A DNA stretch of 64,000 nt, taken from contig OZ024741.1 of the NCBI GenBank assembly GCA_964016885.1, positions 106,640,001-106,704,000 on the forward strand, given 5' to 3'. Each line of letters starts with the position of its first letter. The first letter of the stretch is position 1. Below, in pieces: positions 44,513 through 58,548 of this stretch. The notes under the pieces are model-generated. The model searched no databases, was not told where the DNA came from, and saw only the letters and a program-made list of their open reading frames with translations. Both the position numbers and the translations under genes were made by a program. The DNA is from Eledone cirrhosa (Eukaryota).

Positions 44513-47500
44513 GATAGCCGCATATGCCCCTTTTGGGACAGAGCGGCCCGACTTTTTCCAGCGTCTGGAGTATTTTCTAGGGACGTCCCGTTCCCTGCTT
44601 TTAGTGGGGGATTGGAATGGTATCCTGGATGCACGTTGGGACTATGCAGGGGCATGTCCCGATAGAGAGGGGTGCAACAGCCTCAAGGGGTTACTCGGCC
44701 GATTTGACCTGGCCGATAGATTTCGACTAGATTTTCCAACGGTGCCAACCTGGTCTTGGTCAAATCGCAGCGGATCATCTAGATCGTACCTAGATATATT
44801 TTTAGTTAGAAATAAGGACAGGGACTTTTTAAGTTGTCCAGAAATGCTCATGGTTGGCTATTCAGACCACAAGTTGGTGACCTGCATGGTCAACCTTGAT
44901 AGAACGCATAGACAGGGCCCCGGTTACTGGAAGCTCAACTTGTCCTTGCCGGCAAGTAGAGCCTACAGGAATCGGATTAGTACGTTAGTTAAGGAACGGT
45001 TGACTGGAGCGATCGTCAACAGCAGGTGGTGGGTATCTCTAAAGAGAGAGATTAGAGTAGTCTCGATTGAATTTAGTAAGGTTCTAGCTGCGGATAGGAA
45101 TAGGAAGGAAAGGGAGCTAATAGATAGAGTAGAAGAGGCAATTAGAAGCGGCGACGTGGCCAGAGTGCTAGCGTCGAGAACGGCTTTGAGCCAGTTTTTC
45201 GACGCGAAGCACGAAGGCTGCGTTGTCCGAAGTAAAATACGTGCTCTAGGGAACGAGGGGGCCAAAGCTGTTAGCTGGGCCCGCGTGACAGAGGCCAACA
45301 GTGGAACTAAATCCACCATCCGGTCTTTGCGAGACCTGGATGGACGGGCGATTCTTGAGCCTAAGCAGATGTGTGAGGCCTTTCAAAGGCACTTTGCCCG
45401 ACTGTTCGGGAGGGGCGGGGAGCCGGTTGGGAACGTGGACTTCGGTCCATACCTCGACGGCCTGCCGCGCCTCTCGGACAGGGAGGCGAAGTCCTGCGAG
45501 GAGCCGATTTCGGCCGCTGAGATAGAGGACGTGCTGAGCCAATGCGGCAAACGCAAATCCCCGGGTCTCGATGGTCTTCCTTACGAATTATATCTAGCTA
45601 TGCCGGACTTGTTCCCCGATCTCCTCGAGGCGGTCTACTGCAACTGGCAACAGAACGGGAGAATTCCCTGTACTGTGACCAAGGGCGTAGTCACGCTAGT
45701 GAGGAAGGACGAGAACAAGGGGGACGAAATAAGTAACTTCAGGCCCATAACTCTGCTAAATACAGAGTTACAGATTTTGGCCAAGGTGCTAGCAAAGAGG
45801 TTGGCGCTTGTCGTGGGCAACCTGGTGGGAGATGCGCAGACATGCGCTATCCCGTCCAGGTCCATCCATGACAACCTCCACCTCATGCGATACATCATAG
45901 AGAGGGTTGGGAACGAACCCGGCTTTGGTGGGGCTCTGATCAACTTGGATCAATCTAAGGCGTTCGATAGGGTCGACCATGGTTACCTGGATGCGGTGCT
46001 AGCGGCGGCAGGCTTCGGACCCGTTTTCAGGGGCTGGATCACTGCTATGCACAGCAGCCGCATCTGCTCTAGGGTCAAGGTGAACGGCTACCTCTCGGAG
46101 CCGTTCAAAATCGCGCGGTCCATCCGACAAGGGTGCCCTCTCTCCTCCCTTCTGTATGTGTTGACTCTCGAGCCACTACTGCGGAAGTTGGAGTTGTTGC
46201 AGGGCATCCCTTTGGAACCGGGATTGCGGAAAGCGGTGTCAGCCTACGCCGATGATGTGACAGTAATGGTGTCGACGGCCTCCGAAATCGAGGCGGTCGG
46301 CACCTTACTGGAGGAGTACGAAAAGTTCACAGGGGCTAAGCTGAACCGGGACAAGTCGATCGGTTTGCAACTCGGCACGTGGAGGGGCAGACCGATGCCC
46401 TCTGATGGCGTCGTCTGACGCTGGACGGAGGGCCCGGTGAAGTTGCTCGGGGTCTGGTTCGGACCGGACCTCCAGGTGGAGAAAAACTGGGCGGAGGTTA
46501 CGAACAGGGTGTTTGCACTGACCCAGAAGTGGGCCAGTTGCAAACTATCCCTGAAAGGTCGGGCGGAGGTGGCGAACACTTATATAGCGTCCGTCATCTA
46601 CTACCGCCTGACCGTAGTGCCCTGCCCAAGGGAAACCCTCACCAAGATGGAGCGCGCGCTCTTCCAATTCCTTTGGAAGAGGCGGGCTCCTATGGTGAGG
46701 AGATCCATCTGCTGTCAACACCCTTCGAAAGGAGGGCTGGGGATGCCGTGGCTAATGATGCGTAAACACGCATTAAGGCTACGGCACCTCTACGTATTCC
46801 TCACCGGACAACCGGTGTGGGCCTCGTTTGTGAGACGAACCTTTCCCAGACTCGTCTCACTCACCGAGCTGCAATCCTGGGTCAAGCAAAGACCGAGAAA
46901 ACTGGGCGCCTGGCACACTGAGTGTGCCCAGGCGCTCACCGCCCTCTGGCAGGCGGATCCGGTTGTCAGTGGAGACTCCACCGCAACATTCTATAGAGGG
47001 CTGGTACGCAGCAGGTGCGACGACGCCCTCGGAGAAGCCCTAGACATGGAGGAGGACGAACTGGCCAGCCTGTTCGGTAGGACATTCAGCCCGGGACCTA
47101 TGGACAACTTCCAGAAGTCCCTGGCCTGGCAGTGCTACCGAGGGGCTTTACCCGTTCGAGAAAGGCTCTACAGACACGGGCGCCCGGGTAGGGACCCCGT
47201 CAAAAAGATCTGTCCCAGATGCGTGTGCGACGAGGAAACCGTTGCACACGCATTGGTACACTGCTCGGGCGTAGCCGATCTGTGGGGCTATGTCGAACAA
47301 CTGCTGTCAAGGGTGGGACCGATCCAGTTGACCACCGAGTCTATTGTAATGATCAAGCCGCCTCCCCCTTCAAAGATGAAGCAGAGGCGGTGTTTCTGTG
47401 CGTAATAGCCATGGCGAAAGAGGTTGTATGGTGGACGCGTCTGAAAGGACTGAGGTCAGGCACCTTTCTCTCTGGCCAACAACTGGTCCGTTTCTTCCGA

Positions 47501-47890
47501 TATCATTTCGGAAGAAGGATCAGGATGGAGAGAGAGGTGCTGCACCCCAGTCGTTTTTATGAAAGGTGGGTGAAAGTGGCGAGAATGGCCCGTGTGAATG
47601 GGCCTTCTCTTTACATAAGCCTGTAGGTGGAAAAGAGGAAGGAACGAGGGAGCACCCCCTCTCTGTGCTCCTGAGGAAAAGGGTTGCACACTTTTTTCGG
47701 GGGTGTGTGCGACCCCCCAAGGCGCCTCCTCTCTATTGAGGATTTTGTTAAAAATTTTATTTTTTGTTATATCTTATTTTATTTTTATATTTTGTTATTG
47801 CCTCCTCCTTATTGAGGACGCCTTTTTGTGTAAACTCCCCCCTTTGTACTTGTCCCACTTTTGATGCCCTAGTGGCAAATAAAAGAAACT
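44511..47890 (+). mobile_element. Tx1/L1-clade LINE ORF2 (APE endonuclease truncated at 5', RT, zf-RVT, CCHC), inactivated
   Basis: GDWN and SDH (APE). KSPGLDG, FRPITLLN, DQSKAFDRVDH, RQGCPLS and YADD (RT). TGA at 46416, frameshift near 47365. (TCTA)n at both ends. Confidence 0.96.
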
Positions 47891-48056
47891 TATCTATCTA
47901 TCTATCTATCTATCGTTCTATCTATCTATCTCCCCCCCTCTCTCTCTATATATATATATATAATATATATATATATAATATATATAGAGAGATATATACA
48001 TTCATTAAAGATATGTATATATATGTATATATATAGATGTATGTGTATATATATAT

Positions 48057-48610
48057 GTCGGGTCACTCTTGAGTGCTACTGGTAACATGTAACCCAGTAC
48101 AACCTGTCGCATGGTCGGGTCGTCGGCGACTACACCGGCAACCCCACCAAGTTTACTTGGTGAGGAGGATGATTTTGGACACCCTACAGGACAAAAAACA
48201 AAACCTGTCAAAGGGTGGAAGAACTCATAAGAGTCAACGGCCATCAAAATGTGTGTAAATATGTATATGCACATGTCCATATATATGTATATGTGTATAT
48301 ACATGGGTGCATGTGTATGTACATATGCGCGGGGACATAGAAATAGTCGGGCTGGACACCTGATCGCGCGGTTAAACCACTGGGAGTGAAGGACCCCTAG
48401 CATTTGTCAGGGCATTCTTCTCGGAGAAGGCAACTCATGAAACTGGGATAACTCCGATATAAAACCTGCGGCTCAGTATTTACCGATGATGTTGATATTT
48501 TCTTCTTTTCGGGTTATAGCTACTGTCGCTCAGAGAGTGGGATTGGCTCAGTGCACAGTCTTTCCTCACTTTAAAAAATATTTTCACGTACAGGCATTGC
48601 ACGATAGAAT
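48057..48610 (+). mobile_element. Two GC-richer interspersed repeats resembling RTE-associated 5' UTR / SINE-like sequence (48057-48248, 48327-48608)
   Basis: GGAGAAGGCAACTC..AAACCTGCGGC and CAGTCTTTCCTCACTTTAAAAAA motifs recalled from RTE-related repeats. Not verified. Confidence 0.35.
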
Positions 48611-48676
48611 TAATTAATAATTATTAATAATGGTATATCGTGCAATGCAATGGCCATACTCGATAACGAGGGGACA

Positions 48677-48766
<90 letters not shown>

Positions 48767-49499
48767 ATACATATATATATATATATGTGTGTGTATAGCT
48801 CTCCATGTATTTAGGTATATATATACATATGTATGTATGCATGTACATACATACATCTCTGTGTGTTAATATTTATGCTTTAAATGAGTTTACGCGAAAT
48901 TTTTTTACGGCCGGCTTTAGGAAACATATTCTTATTCTCACCCTTCACTGTAATCTGCTCTCTCACATTCACATAATTAACTTGGAAGTCAGTAAATATA
49001 TTTCAAGTTTAATATTGACAGAAGATTGATTATGGCTATAGACAAAACAGATATTGTTCTTATTACTGGCGGAATTGATTGCAATGTTGTTGGCCATGGG
49101 TATTATTAGGTTTTGGGTTATATTGGGTTACTATAAGTAGGGAGTATAGTTAACGAGGGTTTTCTGAGAATGCGAAGTCGATCACCAGTAACTACTACAA
49201 CACACACACACACATGCCCCCCCCCTCACACACACATACACGCATACACGGTGTTTAGAACAAACAAGGATATAAATTCTCAACATATGCTGTAGAGTAT
49301 AATGATATTTATTCGAATGAATCCTTTTGCTGTTACTTTACGTTTAACTAATCAATCAAATGGCCATGCCGATCTCCAATGAGGATCACGATATATTCTA
49401 AGATGTTGCTGGACTCCGCGGTTACTGCGTTAGTCAACTCGAGTTTTATCCTATTTACAGTTCCAAATCCATTGATACATTAAAATGTTTGGTGGCATC

Positions 49500-49892
49500 A
49501 AGTTTTTATTTCCTTGCATGAATATAGGACTAGAAGGTTTCCTCTGAGCTGTTTAATATATAGCTAGGTAGATTTTTCAGTTAAACACAGTTAACAGTAG
49601 CCATGGTTGTAGTTTTATGTCTTTAACTTGGCTACACTCTTCCATTTTATTATGTGACTGCTTTCACGTTCACCAATGTACATAGAAAAGGACAAGGACA
49701 TGGAATTACAGTCATTTCGTTTTTGAACGAATATGTATGCTGTGTGTATCTAGTTTTAAAGTTATACTCGGTTAACTTGATGTACGGTCTACAGATTTTG
49801 GATTTGTTTTGTATGATATTTCTTTCGACAAGCGCTTGATGTTGAAGAGGCACCTAATCGTATCTCTGAAATTGCATTCCGTTTGGTTGTTA
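49500..49892 (-). pseudogene. Decayed Penelope-like element C-terminus (Cys linker plus GIY-YIG endonuclease)
   Basis: Across frameshifts: ECNFRDTIRC/PLQHQ..NII..YIKLTEYNFKTRYTQHTYSFKNE..IKWK..YC*LCLTEK, matching the PLE pattern CNC..CPL..YIGxTE..FKxRYxxHxxSF..W..CxLCLxEK. Confidence 0.7.
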
Positions 49893-50130
49893 AAATCTAT
49901 ATCCGACGAATGAGATGGAAATTTATAGCTAAATGTTGACTCTTAAAACTCAGTCAAGTACAGTTACATAAATTAAAACACACAGGCAGAGCCAGACACA
50001 TAGACAGACTGAAACCGTCACTAACATACACGCAAAGAGATAGTATACACAAGCAGACACACAAAAATGTGTGTACGCGTATGTATTAATAATTTCTGCT
50101 AAAATACATTTATAGATTCATACACACACA

Positions 50131-50175
<45 letters not shown>

Positions 50176-50631
50176 AAATAATACATATATTGGCACACAT
50201 ACCTTATGCAGAAACTAACAAAGACACACACACATATACACTCATACACGTGAACATATGTACGCATAAGTAAAGCAATAGGGTGAAGGCTATCATAGAC
50301 GATAGGCTGTGTAGATCATATATTCCCAATAACGAGATAAATAAATACACTACCATGAAAAAGTAATTATTCAAAGGCTTTAAATTTGACGGGACTTTTA
50401 TGTCAAATCAATGATTGACTTTATATGTATGTGTGTATGTATGTATGTATGTATGTATGTATGTATGTATGTATGTATGTATGTATGTATGTATGTATGT
50501 ATGTATGTATGTATGTATGTGTATGTGTGTATGTATGTAGGTATGTATGTATGTGTATGTGTATGTGTGTGTATGTATGTATGTATGTATGTATGTATGT
50601 ATGTATGTATGTATGTATGTATGTATGTATG

Positions 50632-50670
<39 letters not shown>

Positions 50671-50927
50671 ATGTGTGTCTGTTTGACTGTCTATCTATAG
50701 GTATCAATTTATGTACCTTTAGCAATGTATCTATCTTTGGACAAGAACAACAATAACAAGAACGAAGCAATATATATATATATTATATATGTACACACAC
50801 ATAAACACACAAATATATATATATATATATATAGATACATACATATATATATACACACATGTATATATATATATACATATATATATATTTATATTATATT
50901 TATATACATACATATATGTGTGAGACG

Positions 50928-50980
<53 letters not shown>

Positions 50981-51513
50981 AATGTAAGTATATAAACACA
51001 TATGTGAACAATAATTAATATTGTTATTTTACAATATTGTTATTTTACAACATTGCTAGGAAGGTCATCAGTTCGCATAATAAACAAGCGCCATGTCTCA
51101 TTTCTCCCAATCAAACTGATGTACGTACTTACGTATGTATGTATGTATGTATGTATGTATGTATGTATGTATGTATGTATGTATGTATGTATGTATGTAT
51201 GTATGTATGTATGCATGTATGCATGTATGTATGTATGTATGTATGTATGTATGTATGTATGTATGTATGTATGTATGTATGTATGTATGTATGTATCTAT
51301 GTGTAGGTGTGTACGTATGTATGTATGCATGTATGTATGCATGTATGTATGCATGTATGTATGTATGCATGTTTGTATTTATTTATACATGAATGTATGT
51401 TCTTCTGGTTATATTATTCTACAAATTTCCACCAATAGAGAGGGAGAGCCAATTTCTAAAAGAAACAAGACGCTTGCATTGGAATTTAGACATCAACTTG
51501 GTAAATTTATGTC

Positions 51514-51603
<90 letters not shown>

Positions 51604-51806
51604 TGTGTGTGTGTGTGTGTGTGTGTGCGTGTGTGTGTGTGCGTGTGCAGGTATGGATGTTATTGCATGTGTAGATCTGTATATTTTGTGTTATATGTGT
51701 ATACGTGCATAATTCTGTATCTATACATGTGTATATATAGATATTACATGCTGAATTTCTGAAATATTTTACATATTTTATATTTCCATTAATGTACACT
51801 GTAAAC

Positions 51807-51933
51807 TGGCTAGATGTGATTAAGGAAGATACCCAGAAGCTCGACGTTACTTTGGAAGAGGCAAAGGGGTTGGCACGGGACCGCCAGCGATGGAGGCCAC
51901 TGGTGGACCTGGTTGGCTCTACGCATGATGATG
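51807..51933 (+). mobile_element. RTE-clade LINE 3' terminal fragment
   Basis: WLDVIKEDTQKLDVTLEEAKGLARDRQRWRPLV, then a (GAT)n tail. Confidence 0.75.
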
Positions 51934-52013
51934 ACTCTGGGATCGCTGACCTAGGATGACCCCAGGTCCTTCGAGCAATAGCGAAGTAAAAGTATGTATG
52001 TATATATGCACTC

Positions 52014-52049
<36 letters not shown>

Positions 52050-52057
<8 letters not shown>

Positions 52058-52478
52058 TAAAACATGTCTATAGAATCACCAAATAAAATATATACCGTTT
52101 CCTCTCCCAATTAGCATAATTAACCATATAAAAAATCACTTAGACCAAGCTATAAGAATAAAGGCTCCCATGAAGAAATCTCCGACAAATAACCGAAAGC
52201 AGCCCCTTCGCGGCGGTTACGACGGATTATTTATCGAATATTTCGACAGCATATATAAATCTGGTCGATTTATATATGTTGTCGAAATATTCGATAAATG
52301 ATCCGTCGTATCGCCGCGAAGGGGCTGCTTTCGGTTATTTGTCGGAGATTTCTTCATGGGAGCCTTTATTCTTATAGCTTGGTCTAAGTGATTTTTTATA
52401 TGGTTAATTATGCTAATTGGGAGAGGAAACGGTATATATTTTATCTGGTGATTCTATAGACATGTTTTATGATATATA
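52050..52478. mobile_element. ~210-bp fold-back palindrome in (TA)n
   Basis: Arms 52050-52261 and 52267-52478 with a 5-nt spacer TGGTC. Right arm has TGTC GAA AT ATTCG AT A (possible HHR 3' half). Confidence 0.85.
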
Positions 52479-52551
52479 GCTCTGATTATTTAATTTATTA
52501 ATTCTTCATTGAGCCACAAAGTGACCCGTTGCAAAACGCATATATATCTAT

Positions 52552-52641
<90 letters not shown>

Positions 52642-52779
52642 CTTTATATATATATATATATACGTGGGAAAGTAAGAAATCGGAGAATAAACCGTTAAAA
52701 CAGTATCGTGCACCTTTGGCAAATAACTATATGTATCACCTATCCTCCCCTTTTTCTTCTCTCTCTCGATACGTAAATA

Positions 52780-52837
<58 letters not shown>

Positions 52838-53122
52838 CGCTCATGAAATCCACACAGCTTATGCTGACCGGATAACCATGTTGCTTGTTTATTCCTATCT
52901 TTGCGTTGCTTTCAACCTTCTATGTTGTTTACTTGTATCACTCGCTTTACGCGATTTACTTGTCCCAATTGCTTTATTTAGCTATTGCTCGCACCAACCT
53001 GAGGTATATGATTTTTAATGCGATGAAATACCAATAAAGGTTGGAAAATCACTGACGAAGGACTATTTTTATCATATGTAACCCATGTGCAACCACGCAG
53101 TATTCTTCTTTCTTCTCATATG

Positions 53123-53191
<69 letters not shown>

Positions 53192-53384
53192 TAATTTAAT
53201 ATATCTACTAACATAAACGCACAGATGTACGCTAATGCCAGCAAATACACAGGTTATGTCATAGTACCTAGGTGGTTCAATGCAGGAGGATGCAGAACAA
53301 TAATATAAAAGACGTAAAATAAGAAAATTAAAAAAAAAAATTTTAAAATTTAAAAAAAATTTAACTTACTTACTTAAATTTTCA

Positions 53385-53464
53385 CTCCAACTAATTAGTT
53401 TCTGCAATGGGATAAAGACAGTTACGTAATGAACTGTTGAGAATTTCATTGCGTCATCAGGGAG
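53385..53464 (-). ncRNA. Type I hammerhead ribozyme (intact core)
   Basis: Reverse complement of the 54316-54395 motif. Confidence 0.85.
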
Positions 53465-53754
53465 AACTATTCTCAGCCGAGTCTCCAGGCAATGCACGGA
53501 CACTGGGGACTCATAAAAATAATAATAATTCGGTAAATGGAACAGCTATCGAGGACTGGATTCCAGGTACTGAAAATTCTCACTGCCACTGGTCATATGG
53601 CCGATTCTAAAGAATCAATCACGTGACACAAAGGCTAGTCAGTAGGAATGGGATGGTAAGATGACAGACGCCTACTAACACTCCCAACAAATTATTATTT
53701 TTATATGAGTCCCCAGTGTCCGCGCATTGCCTGGAGACTCGGCTGAGAATAGTT

Positions 53755-53834
53755 CTCCCTAATGACGCAATGAAATTCTCAACAGTTCATTACGTAACTG
53801 TCTTTATCCCATTGCAGAAACTAATTAGTTGGAG
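53755..53834 (+). ncRNA. Type I hammerhead ribozyme with core mutation (CTAATGA)
   Basis: Same as 54316-54395 except G>A at 53761. Confidence 0.75.
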
Positions 53835-54315
53835 TGAAAATTTAAGTAAGTAAGTTAAATTTTTTTAAAATTTTAAAATTTTTTAAAAAAATTTTCTTAT
53901 TTTACGTCTTTTATATTATTGTTCTGCATCCTCCTGCATTGAACCACCTAGGTACTATGACATAACCTGTGTATTTGCTGGCATTAGCGTACATCTGTGC
54001 GTTTATGTTAGTAGATATATTAAATTATCTATATTTATCTCCAAATCACTGATTTGTCGAGCAAACCTGCCAAAACCACTTCTAAATTTGTTGGGGGTGT
54101 TAGTAGGCGTCTGTCATCTTACCATCCCATTCCTACTGACTAGCCTCTGTGTCACGTGATTGATTCTTTAGAATCGGCCATATGACCAGTGGCAGTGAGA
54201 ATTTTCAGTACCTGGAATCCAGTCCTCGATAGCTGTTCCATTTACCGAATTATTATTATTTTTATATGAGTCCCCAGTGTCCGTGCATTGCCTGGAGACT
54301 CGGCTGAGAATAGTT

Positions 54316-54395
54316 CTCCCTGATGACGCAATGAAATTCTCAACAGTTCATTACGTAACTGTCTTTATCCCATTGCAGAAACTAATTAGTTGGAG
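54316..54395 (+). ncRNA. Type I hammerhead ribozyme (intact core)
   Basis: CTCC CTGATGA C-GCAATG...CATTGC-A GAAAC TAATTA GTT GGAG. Palindromic stem III AACTAATTAGTT, and an extra hairpin ACAGTT/AACTGT in loop II. Confidence 0.88.
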
Positions 54396-54467
54396 TGAAA
54401 ATTTAAGTAAGTAAGTAAAATTTTTTTAAAATTTTAAAATTTTTTAAAAAAATTTTCTTATTTTACG

Positions 54468-54537
<70 letters not shown>

Positions 54538-54659
54538 CCAAAGATTAGTATGGTTCGTTGATTACTCAATGAATACAATTTTACAATAGATTAGAAGCAC
54601 TCCAATACTGGAATTGAATAATGAAGACCGTAGTGGTATGTCATATATCAAATCATATA

Positions 54660-54721
54660 TTTTGTCTGATCAGGATGTACTGAAAAAAACAACACAGTAC
54701 CTTTGAAATATATATAATAAA
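54660..54721 (+). ncRNA. Type I hammerhead with core mutation (CTGATCA), relative of the 10305 family
   Basis: TTTTGT CTGATCA GGAT GTACTG..CAGTAC CTTT GAA ATA TA TAT A ATAAA. Shares the downstream CATTTGTTAATAT. Confidence 0.65.
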
Positions 54722-54790
54722 GGATATGTTTTGATTATGAGAATATTTTTCATTTGTTAATATTTTGAATAATATATAAAATATATATAT

Positions 54791-54858
<68 letters not shown>

Positions 54859-54958
54859 ATGTATATATATAGCTAAAAGAAATAACCCTAACTTTGAGCC
54901 CACCGGTTTCAACTGTACCTACTCTCTGCGTTTCATCACATATACACACATAAACACA

Positions 54959-55003
<45 letters not shown>

Positions 55004-56026
55004 ATGTGTGTGTGTTTATTCATTTTTGTGTTTGCCTGTGCTGGATTGAATTTCAATTACTGGCATTAAGAAAATAATACAACGTAGTGGGATTGATTCT
55101 TAAATATGAAAACAACAACAACAAAATCAATACCAACAACAGCAACAACAACAGCAACAACAACAACAACAATACCAACAACAACTAGAACAACAATTAC
55201 TACTATAACAACACCAATAGCCACCTCAGCTACAACAACAAAACCGCTACAACAACAGCTACAACTATTACAGCCCCCCCCACCAACACCACCAACAACA
55301 AAACAACAACAAATACTACAAGAACAGCAACTACAGCTACATTAACAACGACAACTACTACAGCAACACCAACAACTACAACTACAGTAAAACCAACGAC
55401 TACAGCTAATACAACTACAACTACTACAAGAACACCAACAACATCTAAAACTATTACTGCAACGCTAGCATCACCACAAAGAACAATACCACCAACAACT
55501 ACAACTTCTACCACAACACCAACAACAACTTCTACCACAACACCAACAACAACTACAACTTCTACCACAACACCAACAACAACTACAACTTCTACCACAA
55601 CACCTACAACAAGAACCCCAACAAGAGGTACAATTTCTACAACACCAACAGTTACAACGAATCTAACAAAACGGACAATAATATTGTTTTTATATAATAT
55701 TTAATCTCGGGATTTGTAAACGATAAGATTTCCTGTTGGGAACCAACAGAAAGCGAACGTACATATCCATGATATTATATTAAACACTGGATTTATGTCA
55801 ATACAATATGGCTCTTATTACATGGAAGTTTTCCGGAAGTTTACAGGAAGTTTCCGGAACGAGACCAACTAAATATTCTACATCTAGACATGTCGTCTGC
55901 TCTGATATTTTAACTAAATCTACATCGTATCACTTTCAATACACTACAAACGGACATTTTTGTATTTCGTTTATTTAAGATCAGATTATTATTATTTGTT
56001 GTTGTCGCCATTATTAAACTGGTGAT

Positions 56027-56081
<55 letters not shown>

Positions 56082-56168
56082 AAGCAGCAGCAGTAATATT
56101 AGTAGTAGTAGTAGTAGTAGTAGTAGTAGAAGCTGCAGCAGTAATATTAGTAGTAGTAGTAGTAGTAA

Positions 56169-56219
<51 letters not shown>

Positions 56220-56339
56220 AAGCAGCAGCAGTAGTGATGTTATTGATACTGGTGATAGTGATGTTTGTGTTAATGGTAATGACGCGATGGTGGTGAGGAT
56301 GGAGCTGTGGTGGAGGGTTTGTTGTTGGGGTAGTGTTGG

Positions 56340-56800
56340 TGGTGGTGGTAGCTATGTTAGTGACGATGACGTGGTGGTGACGGTGGTGAGGGATACGTTA
56401 GTGGTGATGACGTGGTGGTGGCGGTGGTGGGGGATACGTTAGTGGTGATGACGTGGTGGTGGCGGTGGTGGGGGATACGTTAGTGGTGATGACGTGGCGG
56501 TGGCGGTGGTGAGGGATACGTTAGTGGTGATGACGTGGCGGTGGCGGTGGTGGGGGATACGTTAGTGGTGATGAAGTGGCGGTGGCGGTGGTGAGGGATA
56601 CGTTAGTGGTGATGACGTGGCGGTGGCGGTGGTGAGGGATACGTTAGTGGTGATGACGTGGCGGTGGCGGTGGTGAGGGATACGTTAGTAGTGATGACGT
56701 GGCGGTGGCGGTGGTGAGGGATACGTTAGTGGTGATGACGTGGCGGTGGCGGTGGTGGGGGATACGTTAGTGGTGATGACGCGGTAGTAGTGCCAGTGAT
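56340..56800. repeat. 41-bp GC-rich minisatellite (GGGATACGTTAGTGGTGATGACGTGGCGGTGGCGGTGGTGA), about 10 copies
   Basis: Direct inspection. Confidence 0.92.
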
Positions 56801-57163
56801 GACGTGGTGGTGGTGGTGGTGCCAGTGATGGATGTGTTAGTGGTGATGACGTGGTAGTAATGTTGTTAGTTGTTTTGATTGGTGTGGTGATGGGTAAGAA
56901 TTTATTGTTATTTCTTCTGATTGAATCTTCTTGTGTGATCGAACTATAACAAACAACAGTGGAATGGATTCTAAGAAACCTAAAACCCCATCGTCTTGTT
57001 GTTTTTATGGGTGTTTGTTCAACGATTAAACCAACATGATCGACATCATTGTTAGCTGAGGGCTCACTGATTCGTTTGCTGTTAAAGCCAATGAGTTTAG
57101 CTCTCAATGGTCGAGTCAACCTAGAAGTAAAGGTATATATATGTATATATATGTATATATATG

Positions 57164-57194
<31 letters not shown>

Positions 57195-57225
57195 GTATTT
57201 ATATATATATATGTTTTTATATATG

Positions 57226-57286
<61 letters not shown>

Positions 57287-57547
57287 GTATATATATATGT
57301 ATATATATATATATGTGTATATATATGTATATATATATATGTATATATATGTATATATGTATATATATGTATATATATATATATGTATATATATGTATAT
57401 ATATATGTATTTATATATATATGTATTTATATATGTATATATATGTATATATATATATGTATATATATGTATATATATATATTTATATATATGTATACAT
57501 ATATATATGTATTTATATATGTATATATATGTATATATATATGTATA

Positions 57548-57619
<72 letters not shown>

Positions 57620-57810
57620 CATGCGTGTGAGAGAATGTATGTTTATTCATGGAGTGTTCTTATTTGTAGCTATTTCATGGTTAGATTCCTACATAAGGTA
57701 ATTGTTTAAACTGAAAATAAATTCAATGAGTTCTGCCTGCTGCTGCTGCTGCTCTGAGCAGAACAACAACAGCAAGCATCAACAGCAACAACAGCAAGCA
57801 TCAACAGCAA

Positions 57811-57844
<34 letters not shown>

Positions 57845-58006
57845 GATAAGAAACAGAGCAATAGCAGCAATAAGAGCACTACCAACAGCAAATATACCAC
57901 CACCAGCATCACCACCACCACCACCAACAACAACAACACACCACCAGCACCACCAGCACCACCAACACGCGCCGCCACCGATCACGCCAGCACCACTGCC
58001 ACCACC

Positions 58007-58038
<32 letters not shown>

Positions 58039-58404
58039 CCACCGCCAGCACCACCAGCACTACCAGCGCACCCTACCACCAACCCGCCACTGCCCCGCCA
58101 CCGCTCCGCCACCGCTCCGCCACCTCTCCTCCACCGCTCCGCCACCGCTCCGCCACCGCTCCGCCACCGCTCCACCACCGCTCCGCCACCGCTCCGCCAC
58201 TGCCACCACCACCACCACCACCACCACCACCACCACCACTACAACAACAACAACATTATATGTATATAAGTTTTGTTGCTAAAGTCGTGACTTTATTTAC
58301 AATCTTAGAAATCAATTCAAATTAGCGGAGAATGTAGGCCATATTTACTTTACTAACAGCAGCAACAACAATAACAATAACAAAAACTACAACAATAATA
58401 ATGA

Positions 58405-58548
58405 TGATTTCTACTATAGGCACAAGGCCAGCAATTTTGGAGGAGGAGAAAGTCGGTTAAATCAACCTCAGTGTATTACTGGTACTTTATTTTATCGACC
58501 CCGTAAGGATGAAAGGCAAAGTTGACCTCGGCGGGATTTGAACTCAGA
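58405..58548 (-). mobile_element. SINE copy (5'-truncated)
   Basis: Same SINE motifs. Confidence 0.85.

Larger units (their letters stand above)
53190..54475. mobile_element. Retrozyme / Penelope pLTR-like array: inverted partial unit plus ~1.4 tandem 561-bp units, three HHRs
   Basis: 53190-53693 is the reverse complement of sequence in 53692-54475. 53692-53915 repeats at 54253-54476. Flanked by (TA)n. Confidence 0.9.

Noticed and set aside
55106-55670. Mucin-like Thr/Pro-rich frame
   Set aside because: Indistinguishable from the many (ACA)n-derived tracts, and the frame is broken
56340-56800. Regular 41-bp repeats as a CRISPR array
   Set aside because: No unique spacers, no cas genes and a eukaryotic context, so a minisatellite
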